This document shows positions 47,861 to 56,672 of a stretch of DNA of 64,000 bases, in pieces. The notes beneath the pieces are model-generated. The model had not been told where the DNA came from. It did no database searches and saw nothing but the letters and a program-made list of their open reading frames with translations. Every line of letters begins with the position of its first letter. Position 1 is the stretch's first letter. The position numbers and the translations under genes were made by a program. The stretch lies in contig JAQBTR010000003.1 in assembly GCA_027624915.1 (NCBI GenBank), positions 5,627 to 69,626 of the forward strand, in the 5' to 3' direction. The DNA is from a bacterium (GTDB lineage: Bacteria > Patescibacteriota > Minisyncoccia > Ryanbacterales > GWA2-47-10b).

Positions 47861-48373
47861 TCAATCAGTATAAACCTTAATATTTTTTGGTGGCCAAACT
47901 GTTATTATTGGCACACCAATGATGAATCTCTCATCAATCATTCCAGATGGAGATTCTAGTGTTGTATTGCTTACTACAAAGTATTCGTGAGCATCTAATG
48001 CTCCAATATCCTCTAGCCCAGCAATTACAGTACCAAACGCTGGGAGCTCTTTTATCTTGTAATCATCATTATTTCGAATAGAAAGAATGCCATCATTAAT
48101 AACAACACGCTCCATGGGAAGTCCTATTATTCTTCTCATATATCTATCCGTTCTGTCAGCTTGATCCCTAAATACTATGACTTCTTCTCTTCGAAATTTG
48201 CGGCTAAAATATGCTAGTCTATTCACAAGCACAAGGTCTCCAGACTCAAATTTTGGACTCATAGAACTGTCTGGAACGTAGAATGGCGTAAGTAAAAAGT
48301 ACCTAACCGGAATTGTAAGAATATAAGCAAATGAAATAGTCCAAAGTATACTTTTTGCTGTTTGCCAACTCAT
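47861..48373 (-). CDS. signal peptidase I homolog, degenerate
   Basis: PFYVPDSSMSP (Ser kept), GDLVLVN, but YMRRIIGLP where KR is expected, and no GDN..S.DSR box. Confidence 0.8.
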   Translation of the reverse strand: MSWQTAKSILWTISFAYILTIPVRYFLLTPFYVPDSSMSPKFESGDLVLVNRLAYFSRKFRREEVIVFRDQADRTDRYMRRIIGLPMERVVINDGILSIRNNDDYKIKELPAFGTVIAGLEDIGALDAHEYFVVSNTTLESPSGMIDERFIIGVPIITVWPPKNIKVYTD

Positions 48374-48416
48374 ACTCTAATCGTATATCTCCCCACCTAT
48401 TTAGCAAGTAATCTCT

Positions 48417-50276
48417 ATGTACATCGCTCATGTATATCCACTTACTACTGCACTACCTCAAAAATATTTAGAGGCTATTTCGTATTTTACGAAAGATAAT
48501 GTTCCAGTTGGATCATTGGTTGAAATCACCTTCAACAAGAAAAAAATTCCTGCCTTGGTTATCCAAACCGAATCAATAGGTGCACAGAAGGCATCCATTA
48601 AAAAAAGTTCATTTACATTAAAAAAGATTCATAAGATTTTGGTTAAACAAAGCCTATTCCCAGAGTCTCTCTTATTAGTATTAGATGAAATGAGTCAACT
48701 CTATCTTGAACCTCCAGGAAGCATTTTAAAGGCTCTCACACCAATAAGTCTCTTTGAGGGGAACTCAATAACCTTCTCCCCGCCCAAATCACTTCGTGAC
48801 CCATTTCAAGATCAACGACGAGATATAACCGTAGGCTCACTTAAAGATCGTGTTGAATATTATGAAGCTGTCATACGTGAAGTCTTAGCAAAGAAAAAAA
48901 TTATAGTAATTTTTGCGCCAACAGTTGCAACAGTTAATTTTCTTGGATCAGTATATGATCACCTACCAAGGAAGCCAATTATCATTCATAGCAAAATTAC
49001 CAAGAAGGCCTTTCGTGAAGCTCTTGAGCGCATTCACTCCTCCGATGGTCCCCAACTTGTAATCGGAACACCCATGCTTCTTGGATGTATGCGCGGAATT
49101 GAACATACTATAATCATTGAAGATTCTGATTCGCCACACTATACACGCACTGAGAGACCCAGAATACGAGCGGTCGCTGCAATAAGAATTTTTGCACACA
49201 ACATTCAAGCACGACTCATCGAAGGTAAACATTTACTTTCACTGAGAGACATAAAACATGAAAGTAAAGCATTCCCTGCGTCCTCACAACCAAAACAGCA
49301 TGAAACCCCAAAAATAATTTCTCTTGTGCCTGGAATCTGGAGCGTTGTCAGTACTGTCACACTAGACACCCTACGCAAGCATAATGAACGATTTATTATG
49401 CTTGTCACGCGTAAGGGCTTTTACTCATTTGTCTTATGTCTTGATTGTGGAGCTGTTGCAAACTGTGATAACTGCGGTAACCCTCTCGCATTCCATACAA
49501 AATTTGCTCGACGCTATTCCTGTCACAATTGTGGTAAAACATATAATCCACATCGGTCTTGTGCAAAGTGTAATGGCTGGAACTTAAAAGGATACGGAGT
49601 TGGGACTGAAAGTATAAAAGAGGCCTTAGAACTTTCCTTTCCTCAGAGAAAGTTTTGGACCTTGGACGCAGATAGCGCAAAAACAAAAAAGACACACGAT
49701 AAAATAGTCCAAGAATTTATAGAATCAGATAACGGGGTTCTTGTTGGGACTGAAATGATACTTGAAGACCCTAGAATTGAAGCCGAACATGTACTCGTAG
49801 CACACATAGACAATCTATTTTCTATTCCTGACATAGGTATTCATGAAAAGATTTTGAGTATTCTTATTCGTGCCCAAGAGAAGAGCTTTAATCACTCTTT
49901 GTTTATACAGACACGGTTTCCTGACCACCCCCTCTTTCAGGCATTAAAGAAAAATGATTTAAGAGAATTTTTAAAAGAAGAACTGAAGGAACGCAAAGAT
50001 CTTAACTTTCCGCCATATACGTTGCTTATAAAATGTACTGTTCAGCAAAAAGATGCCGTGGGTAGAACAGAAAAGGTAAAAATGGCTGAAAACATACTCA
50101 CCCCATTTGTATTTTCAATTGCTTCTTATCCGTCTTATACAAACAAAAACGAGCACATCATTTTACTAACAACAACACCTGAAAAATGGATTCGTGAAGG
50201 CGGTGAACTTAGAAATGCACTGCTGGAGCTTGCGGGTTCGTGGACTATTGTCGTAGACCCCACGAGTATTCTATAG
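48417..50276 (+). CDS. priA: primosomal protein N' (helicase motifs degenerate)
   Basis: N-terminal 3'-binding domain, four CxxC pairs, GVGTE, IQT, ER....PPY, VDP tail. Confidence 0.9.
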   Translation: MYIAHVYPLTTALPQKYLEAISYFTKDNVPVGSLVEITFNKKKIPALVIQTESIGAQKASIKKSSFTLKKIHKILVKQSLFPESLLLVLDEMSQLYLEPPGSILKALTPISLFEGNSITFSPPKSLRDPFQDQRRDITVGSLKDRVEYYEAVIREVLAKKKIIVIFAPTVATVNFLGSVYDHLPRKPIIIHSKITKKAFREALERIHSSDGPQLVIGTPMLLGCMRGIEHTIIIEDSDSPHYTRTERPRIRAVAAIRIFAHNIQARLIEGKHLLSLRDIKHESKAFPASSQPKQHETPKIISLVPGIWSVVSTVTLDTLRKHNERFIMLVTRKGFYSFVLCLDCGAVANCDNCGNPLAFHTKFARRYSCHNCGKTYNPHRSCAKCNGWNLKGYGVGTESIKEALELSFPQRKFWTLDADSAKTKKTHDKIVQEFIESDNGVLVGTEMILEDPRIEAEHVLVAHIDNLFSIPDIGIHEKILSILIRAQEKSFNHSLFIQTRFPDHPLFQALKKNDLREFLKEELKERKDLNFPPYTLLIKCTVQQKDAVGRTEKVKMAENILTPFVFSIASYPSYTNKNEHIILLTTTPEKWIREGGELRNALLELAGSWTIVVDPTSIL

Positions 50277-50283
50277 TATACGC

Positions 50284-50832
50284 ATGCAGAAACGAATCAC
50301 AGTCGAGCCCGAGCCAGTTCTCCGCCGGCATGCAACTGCTGTTAACGAGAGTGAATTTGGTACAGATGAACTAAAAGCAACTGTACAAAATCTATCTGAC
50401 ACTCTAAAAACTACGGATGATGGTATCGGTATTGCAGCACCACAAATAGGAATTTCGAAACGAATCTTTATAGCCTCGGAGGAGGCTCTTGATATTGATA
50501 AACGGGTGGGATCAGAAGATAAGCCAGAAAAAGAAAAAAGTACTTGGGAGCACTATATATTTATAAATCCAAAAGTTTTAAAAATCTCTAGCAAAAAAGA
50601 TTTTGGACCTGAAGGATGTCTCTCTATTCCAGGAACATATGGCGAAGTTAAACGAGCAGAAAAAATTAAAGTTCGCGCCTATGATACCAATGGAAAGCCA
50701 TTTGAAAGGGGTGCTACTGGTCTTTTTGCTCGACTACTCCAGCACGAAATTGACCACCTAGAGGGTGTTCTATTTATAGATAAGGCAAATAAAGTAGTGA
50801 CTAATGTTACTAGAGACGATGACAAAGCCTAG
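50284..50832 (+). CDS. def: peptide deformylase
   Basis: GIGIAAPQIG, EGCLS, QHEIDHL. Confidence 0.97.
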   Translation: MQKRITVEPEPVLRRHATAVNESEFGTDELKATVQNLSDTLKTTDDGIGIAAPQIGISKRIFIASEEALDIDKRVGSEDKPEKEKSTWEHYIFINPKVLKISSKKDFGPEGCLSIPGTYGEVKRAEKIKVRAYDTNGKPFERGATGLFARLLQHEIDHLEGVLFIDKANKVVTNVTRDDDKA

Positions 50833-51691
50833 TATACTATTTTTAGGGAGCGGTGAATTTGCTGTTCCAGTGTTACAATCCCTTATTGACGAGGGATTTC
50901 CTATTGTTTCCGTTATTACTCAGCCAGACGAAAGTCCAATTCATGAGTACTGTGTGCCAAATGATATTTCATTAAGAAATTCAACGGAAGATGTGCCAGG
51001 GGCCGATATCTTTGTTATCGCGTCGTACGGTAAAATCCTTCCTGAAAAATTTCTATCTCTTCCAGAACATGGAACACTCAATGTGCACCCATCGCTACTA
51101 CCAAAATATCGTGGCCCATCCCCTATTCAGGGAGCGTTGCTTGCGGGAGAGACAGAGACTGGCGTCACAATAATGCTGACCGATGACAAAATGGACCACG
51201 GTCCAATTCTTGCACAAGAGAAATATACCATCAACTCAAGTGAAAACTACCCAATACTACGTGATAGCCTCGCTGAGCTTGGTGCAAAATTACTTATCTC
51301 AGTGCTTGAACGACTCATAAACGGTAATGTTCGTAAAACAGAGCAGGATCATGAACAGGCTACGTTTACAAAACTTATCAAAAAAGTAGATGGACGTATT
51401 GATTGGAATGCTGACGCTGATACAATCGTTAACCTTATACGTGCCTACAATCCGTGGCCAGCCGGACTTACAACATTTGCTGGTAAAAATATAAAACTCT
51501 TGAGTGCACGAATATCATCAACGACCCTACCCGCTGGAGAATTAAAACTCGATGGGGAAGAACTTATTGTCGGGTGTGGAAGTAACTCAATTGTTGTTGA
51601 AGAAATACAACCAGAAAGCAAACGTCCTATGTCGGGTGAAGCGTTCGCTCGTGGCTATCTTAAAGACTCACCACCCTATACATTTGAATAG
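50816..51691 (+). CDS. fmt: methionyl-tRNA formyltransferase
   Basis: NVHPSLLPKYRGPSP, MDHGPI, RAYNPWP; follows def; start codon approximate. Confidence 0.93.
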   Translation, partial: TMTKPSILFLGSGEFAVPVLQSLIDEGFPIVSVITQPDESPIHEYCVPNDISLRNSTEDVPGADIFVIASYGKILPEKFLSLPEHGTLNVHPSLLPKYRGPSPIQGALLAGETETGVTIMLTDDKMDHGPILAQEKYTINSSENYPILRDSLAELGAKLLISVLERLINGNVRKTEQDHEQATFTKLIKKVDGRIDWNADADTIVNLIRAYNPWPAGLTTFAGKNIKLLSARISSTTLPAGELKLDGEELIVGCGSNSIVVEEIQPESKRPMSGEAFARGYLKDSPPYTFE

Positions 51692-51695
51692 CTCT

Positions 51696-53483
51696 CTACT
51701 GTAGAAAGTACTCTACCAAAAGAAGTGGTGCGAAAATAATATTTGCTATGATTTGAACGGCACGAGAGTGTTGTTCTTCTGGTGGTGGCTCACCTTCATA
51801 CGTTGGTTCCGGCGGGAAGTCTCCCCCATCATTCTCGCGACGTTCTTCGTATTCCTGTCGATACTCATCGTACTGTTCAGGTTGGAAGTTGTCGCCAACT
51901 GGTGGCAGCTGACCATCAAAATGAGGTTCATTAGAACGAAACCCTCCTCTCAAATCTTCAAACTGTTTTAAACCATCCAGTCTCTTTAAGTCTTCTGGTC
52001 TAAATCCCCGCTCCTCCAGCTTACGCAGTTCATCGGGTGTTGCTCTTCTTGGGTCCGGGAACTGACCCCCATCGAATAGCTCCCTATCGTTGTGATTAAA
52101 GTCTGATGGTGGAAAATCTCCTTTACCGGGAAAGTCACCAGATACTCCAGGAAAATCAAATCCACCATCAAATGGTACTCGGTCATCCTCTCCAGGAATA
52201 TGATCATCAAAATTTGGAATGTTACACTCTTGAGAATTTTGACGACAGTAGTCAAAACACTCTTGTGGACTCGTACAGCCACCAGGGCCGCTAAATCGTC
52301 CATCTTCACGATGGCCCTCTCCAGCATCATCTCCCCTAAATCTTCGTTCTAAGTCTTGAAGTTCATGGAGTTTATCGAGTCTGCGTTCAAAATCACCATC
52401 TCCACCCATATCTGACCCAGGTCTACGGAACCTATCTCTTTCACTAAACTCACGTAACATTCGCTCGGCATTCTCTTGCGTTAAACCACCATGGGTAGAT
52501 GCAAAAGCTACACACTCTTCAAAATGATCTCGATTTTCGCAGTATTTTTTACACTCTCTTTCTTCTCGACATCCACCGGGGCCACCCTCGCTTTTCATTT
52601 TACGCTCAAGTTTTAACCCAATCTCATGGTCTCTCCTTTCCTCATTAGATAATAATCCATTTCCTTGTGCAAATTCAAAACACTCTTCTCGATGTTCTGG
52701 ATCGTCACAATAACGATGGCACTCAACCCCACGACACCCACCAGGACCACCCCTACGTGACGCATCCATAAACCGACGTGCTTGCTCCACCTCTTCTCGA
52801 GGAATTAAGTTATGCTCTTCTGCAAATGTTAGACACCCATCTTCATGCCCTGATTGTTCACAATACTCACGACACTCTTTTCCTATACAACCACCTGGTC
52901 CTTTTTGAGCTCTTAACCCATTAAACTTCCGTGCCTCTACAATCTCTTCACGTGTCATAAAACCCTCTCGCTCTGCAAAAGTAATACACTCATCAAAATG
53001 TGCCTGATCTTCACAGTATGCCCGACACTCATCCTCTCCGTGACATCCACCGGGCCCCACAAAGTCTTCTCTTGATTGATGACCTCTTCGTACTCTATTA
53101 CGAATATGATCTACTTCTTCTTTTGTTATAAAACCCTGCTCAAGACCGTGATTAATACACTCATCAACATGAGATGGCCTTTCACAATATGCCTTACACT
53201 CACTTTCACTGGAACATCCACCCGGACCATTTAATCTTCGTGTGCGTTCTTCTATATGTCCTCGGACACGCTTGGCATCTTCACTATTAAGAAGTCCATT
53301 AGCTTCGGCAAAATCAATACAAATAAGTCTATTATCAGGATTGTCACAGTAGCGCTTACAGTCTTCTCTAGATTCACAGCTACCAAGTTCTGCAACCGGG
53401 AATGAAATATCTTGTGCATTAGCCACAGCTCCAAACGAAAATAAGCCTACGCTAGCAAATATATACAGTAGAAACGTACGCAT
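51696..53483 (-). CDS. secreted cysteine-repeat protein (GPGGC repeats)
   Basis: Signal peptide; about 7 repeats of G[PS]GGC....EC..YC......EC..FA; C-terminal hydrophobic helix. Confidence 0.85.
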   Translation of the reverse strand: MRTFLLYIFASVGLFSFGAVANAQDISFPVAELGSCESREDCKRYCDNPDNRLICIDFAEANGLLNSEDAKRVRGHIEERTRRLNGPGGCSSESECKAYCERPSHVDECINHGLEQGFITKEEVDHIRNRVRRGHQSREDFVGPGGCHGEDECRAYCEDQAHFDECITFAEREGFMTREEIVEARKFNGLRAQKGPGGCIGKECREYCEQSGHEDGCLTFAEEHNLIPREEVEQARRFMDASRRGGPGGCRGVECHRYCDDPEHREECFEFAQGNGLLSNEERRDHEIGLKLERKMKSEGGPGGCREERECKKYCENRDHFEECVAFASTHGGLTQENAERMLREFSERDRFRRPGSDMGGDGDFERRLDKLHELQDLERRFRGDDAGEGHREDGRFSGPGGCTSPQECFDYCRQNSQECNIPNFDDHIPGEDDRVPFDGGFDFPGVSGDFPGKGDFPPSDFNHNDRELFDGGQFPDPRRATPDELRKLEERGFRPEDLKRLDGLKQFEDLRGGFRSNEPHFDGQLPPVGDNFQPEQYDEYRQEYEERRENDGGDFPPEPTYEGEPPPEEQHSRAVQIIANIIFAPLLLVEYFLQ

Positions 53484-53485
53484 AA

Positions 53486-53749
53486 TTATTCGAATGGATT
53501 AGTCTTGACGTCCCCATCAAATGGGTTTTGGTATCCATCCTCAAGTACGTTGTCTCCTGCGAATGGATTAACGGCATCAACCGCTGCTTCTTGTGCGGCA
53601 GCTGTCGCCTCCATGGCTGCTTTTTCCGTGCCCTGCTTTATACCCGCTTCTAGTCCCACGCCATTACCGTAGTAATATCCGCCAGTAGCACCGATTGCCA
53701 ATGCAACGATTGCAACCAAAAATGTTTTCATTCCGCCCCCTTGTTCCAT
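53486..53749 (-). CDS. small membrane protein
   Basis: TM ending in GGYYYG, Ala-rich helix, three NPF repeats. Confidence 0.7.
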   Translation of the reverse strand: MEQGGGMKTFLVAIVALAIGATGGYYYGNGVGLEAGIKQGTEKAAMEATAAAQEAAVDAVNPFAGDNVLEDGYQNPFDGDVKTNPFE

Positions 53750-53902
53750 AATATATTTTTATAGATTAATAATTGCGAATGCTTACCCTTAGTATAGATA
53801 AATACTTATCTAGATTCACTGTTGATAAACAATATCCGGGGTCTGTTCACGAGCTCATGTCGAGGTAAAATTTTAGTATTTTAGCTGACAAGCCTAAATA
53901 TC

Positions 53903-54913
53903 TCACTTTTGCGGTGAGCTTGTGAATAGGCCCCTAGCTATTTCCCAATTCTCTGGCCTATCGTGCTTTGTCTTTAACCAATACCAGTACTCAACACCCC
54001 ATAGATAGAACTCATCAAATCCTGTTTTTGAGGCGTATTCTATAATCCCCTCAAACTTTTCTGGGCTAAAGGACATCTCTTGTTCACTTTGCGTCATCTG
54101 TGGGATTGGCTTGGGGCCCCAACTCTCTCCTTGAAGCTCTATCACAACCATTGGTCGCTCACCCGCAACCCACTGTGTAAGTTTATGCTTTGCCCTAAAA
54201 AAGCCTGGTGGAAGTGGGTATGTCACGTGTCCGAACGGTTCTTTGTAGATGATTCGGTACATGGTTGTACCGAAAACATCGCTACGCCTTGCTGCCCTAA
54301 ACCAAAGTGACAATTCTCCAGAATCTGTAACCAAAACCGGATGACTTGAATCAAGGATCTTTACCAAGGCGATTTCCTCCTCCAGAAACTCAACGTTAAG
54401 TGGCGGACATATACCGAAAGGTAAGAATGGCTCATTCTCTACCTGCCAATACAGAAGATTTGGTGAATCCTTATATCTCTCAACGGTGGCTGTAATATAT
54501 TTTTTAATAAGATCTTCTTGTTCGCTACGTGGTAATGATTTTGCCCACTCTGGTTCGTGACACTCTGGCCAACGAGGAACCTTTCTGCCAACTGCTAATA
54601 TCACCTCTGCACCCTCTTCTTCTGCGCGCTCAACCTGGTAGTCAAGATCACGAAAGTCATATGTGCCACGCCGAGCCTCAACCAGGCGCCAGTATACCGG
54701 CAGACGAATCTGTTTTACCCCGAGATCTGTGAGCATAGCTTCATACCCCTCCTTCCACGGAATACCAAAATCCTCCATTGAACTTTGAGAATACGTAACC
54801 CCCCACACTCTTGGCTCTAAGATTGGCGTGAGCCCTGCCATATATACCAAAACTAGGATTGATAAAAAAATCAAAAGTACAAAAAATCTAACAATTTGAA
54901 ATCGTTTTTTCAT
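53903..54913 (-). CDS. clan GH-A glycoside hydrolase, membrane anchored
   Basis: RLPVYW, WQVENEP (acid/base), IELQGE (nucleophile), LWG. Confidence 0.85.
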   Translation of the reverse strand: MKKRFQIVRFFVLLIFLSILVLVYMAGLTPILEPRVWGVTYSQSSMEDFGIPWKEGYEAMLTDLGVKQIRLPVYWRLVEARRGTYDFRDLDYQVERAEEEGAEVILAVGRKVPRWPECHEPEWAKSLPRSEQEDLIKKYITATVERYKDSPNLLYWQVENEPFLPFGICPPLNVEFLEEEIALVKILDSSHPVLVTDSGELSLWFRAARRSDVFGTTMYRIIYKEPFGHVTYPLPPGFFRAKHKLTQWVAGERPMVVIELQGESWGPKPIPQMTQSEQEMSFSPEKFEGIIEYASKTGFDEFYLWGVEYWYWLKTKHDRPENWEIARGLFTSSPQK

Positions 54914-55806
54914 GAAAGAAACAATAAGTAGAGAGCAAAACTCATTGATAATGCACCCAAAACTTTTACACTAAGCGCATGCACAGAGAAATCTTCTTTT
55001 AGGACGCGTGGTGCAAAAAATGCCAAGAAAATAGAAATGATAAATACGAAGAAATATTCAAATGCAGCTAATGCATGAACAACCGAGACCACCCCACGTG
55101 ATAATGCAAAACTCACAAGAAACGCCCCTATAGCACCAATTGCCTTATTTACTAATAGTAGTGCGCTACCATGTGCCGATGGCAGGTTGGAAGACCTTAT
55201 TGTATGCCGACAACTCGGTATCAAGAATATTAATAGAGCCCCAAGAAACGACCCCATGCGCGACCAGAACAATCCATCAATAAACCCAGCGTTTAAAAAG
55301 ACATACTTTAACAAAACCAAACTTATACTTAGTAGCGTTGCCGCTGCCAGAACAATCCAAACTAGGGAATGATAAAAAACGTTTTGATGCTGTCTCTCCC
55401 ACACCAAGAAGAACCCTCCAAGAATTAGAAAAAATACTGCCTGCAAGCCAAATCTTCCTATATCCTCTCCGAGAGTATATAGAGCCAAAATAAGGGTAAA
55501 AAATGGTGCGATACTAACAAATAGTGGCACTACACGGGATGAGTCATAGTGACGAAGTCCGAGATACAAAAAATAAAGATGGCCCAAAAAGAAAATACCA
55601 GATATAAGTCCTACAAGTATTATTCGTGGCTCTACATCGAAGCTCAAAAAGGGCAAAAATAACAGAACAAGACCTGATAGTAAACCACCGTAGAATGTGT
55701 ACATAATGGGCTGTTTTATTGGGCCCGCTAGTATAACCTTATCAATTATCTTTGCACTTCCTGCAAAAAAGTAAGCAACAAGAGCAGCAACTATCCAAGT
55801 TTCCAT
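54910..55806 (-). CDS. EamA/DMT family transporter
   Basis: About 10 TM in two repeats; SRVVPL..P, LGE, LKE. Confidence 0.85.
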   Translation of the reverse strand: METWIVAALVAYFFAGSAKIIDKVILAGPIKQPIMYTFYGGLLSGLVLLFLPFLSFDVEPRIILVGLISGIFFLGHLYFLYLGLRHYDSSRVVPLFVSIAPFFTLILALYTLGEDIGRFGLQAVFFLILGGFFLVWERQHQNVFYHSLVWIVLAAATLLSISLVLLKYVFLNAGFIDGLFWSRMGSFLGALLIFLIPSCRHTIRSSNLPSAHGSALLLVNKAIGAIGAFLVSFALSRGVVSVVHALAAFEYFFVFIISIFLAFFAPRVLKEDFSVHALSVKVLGALSMSFALYLLFLS

Positions 55807-55929
55807 GTATTTAATTTTAACAGCTTATGCACACTATATGCAGGGATAATTAACATGACTTGACTTTTATATATTATATGATATACTATTCTCAAGTTGA
55901 ACCTTGGATGATAGGAATAGGAGGAAAGT

Positions 55930-56127
55930 GTGGAAGAATGCATTGATTGTCAGGCGTGGGCCCTGCCTTGTCCTCATAATGATGTATGCGAAGACTGCTG
56001 TCTCATATGCCGCAAAGTAGATGACAAGGGCTGTAATCGCGAACGCGACACCTTCTTTCGAGACGATCCCTTTGCGGAACTAGAGGCGTACATAGATGCA
56101 TCCCAAACCTGTAGTGAGAGAAGGTGA
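55930..56127 (+). CDS. small Cys-rich protein
   Basis: TTGACT/TATACT promoter near 55860-55887, GGAGGA SD, GTG start; CxxC..CxH..CxxCCxxC. Confidence 0.55.
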   Translation: MEECIDCQAWALPCPHNDVCEDCCLICRKVDDKGCNRERDTFFRDDPFAELEAYIDASQTCSERR

Positions 56128-56131
56128 TCCA

Positions 56132-56347
56132 ATGCCAAACCTAACAGAAGTACTCAAGGTGGATCGAGAACGCGGCCTCGTCGAGCTCTCGATCCCCGGC
56201 ACAGGAATTTTTGCTCTCACCCTACGACGTGGTCGTCCCTTCATCATACGTGAGCAGTACTACACATCAGACGCTCGTCTCTCCAGTGAAGAGCGCCGAG
56301 CAATGTACGCACGTGCCGGCGCAATACTCCGGCCAAAAAAGAAATAA
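56132..56347 (+). CDS. small hypothetical protein
   Basis: AAGGTGA SD before MPNLTEV; followed by the palindrome AGGGGCCTCCTAGGAGGCCCCT. Confidence 0.55.
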   Translation: MPNLTEVLKVDRERGLVELSIPGTGIFALTLRRGRPFIIREQYYTSDARLSSEERRAMYARAGAILRPKKK

Positions 56348-56354
56348 AAAGCAA

Positions 56355-56540
56355 AAAGGGGCCTCCTAGGAGGCCCCTGTAGTATTTTTTAACGGCTCAC
56401 CAACGGCTCATAATATGAGCCGTTAAATATTTTGACCAAAATTGGGCTGGCTTAAAGGATGGTTTCCCATCCTCGGCGCAAGATTAAACCAACCCAATTT
56501 TGATAAAAATAAGAGAGTTCTAATAACATCAATTCGCCTG
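56355..56540 (-). ncRNA. candidate structured small RNA
   Basis: Minus-strand hairpin 56435-56504 with three G-U pairs and a GAAA-capped inner stem; promoter-like TTGACT..TAATAA upstream; U-tailed terminator downstream. Confidence 0.4.
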
Positions 56541-56672
56541 TATCCTTATTAGCATTTTTAAAAACTAAGTCAACACCTTCCAAAACTTTTTATCCACAAT
56601 TAATATTAGAAAATAAAAACAGCATTAGGGCAACCATAATGATATTTTTATTCCATTTTTAAAACCAAGATT

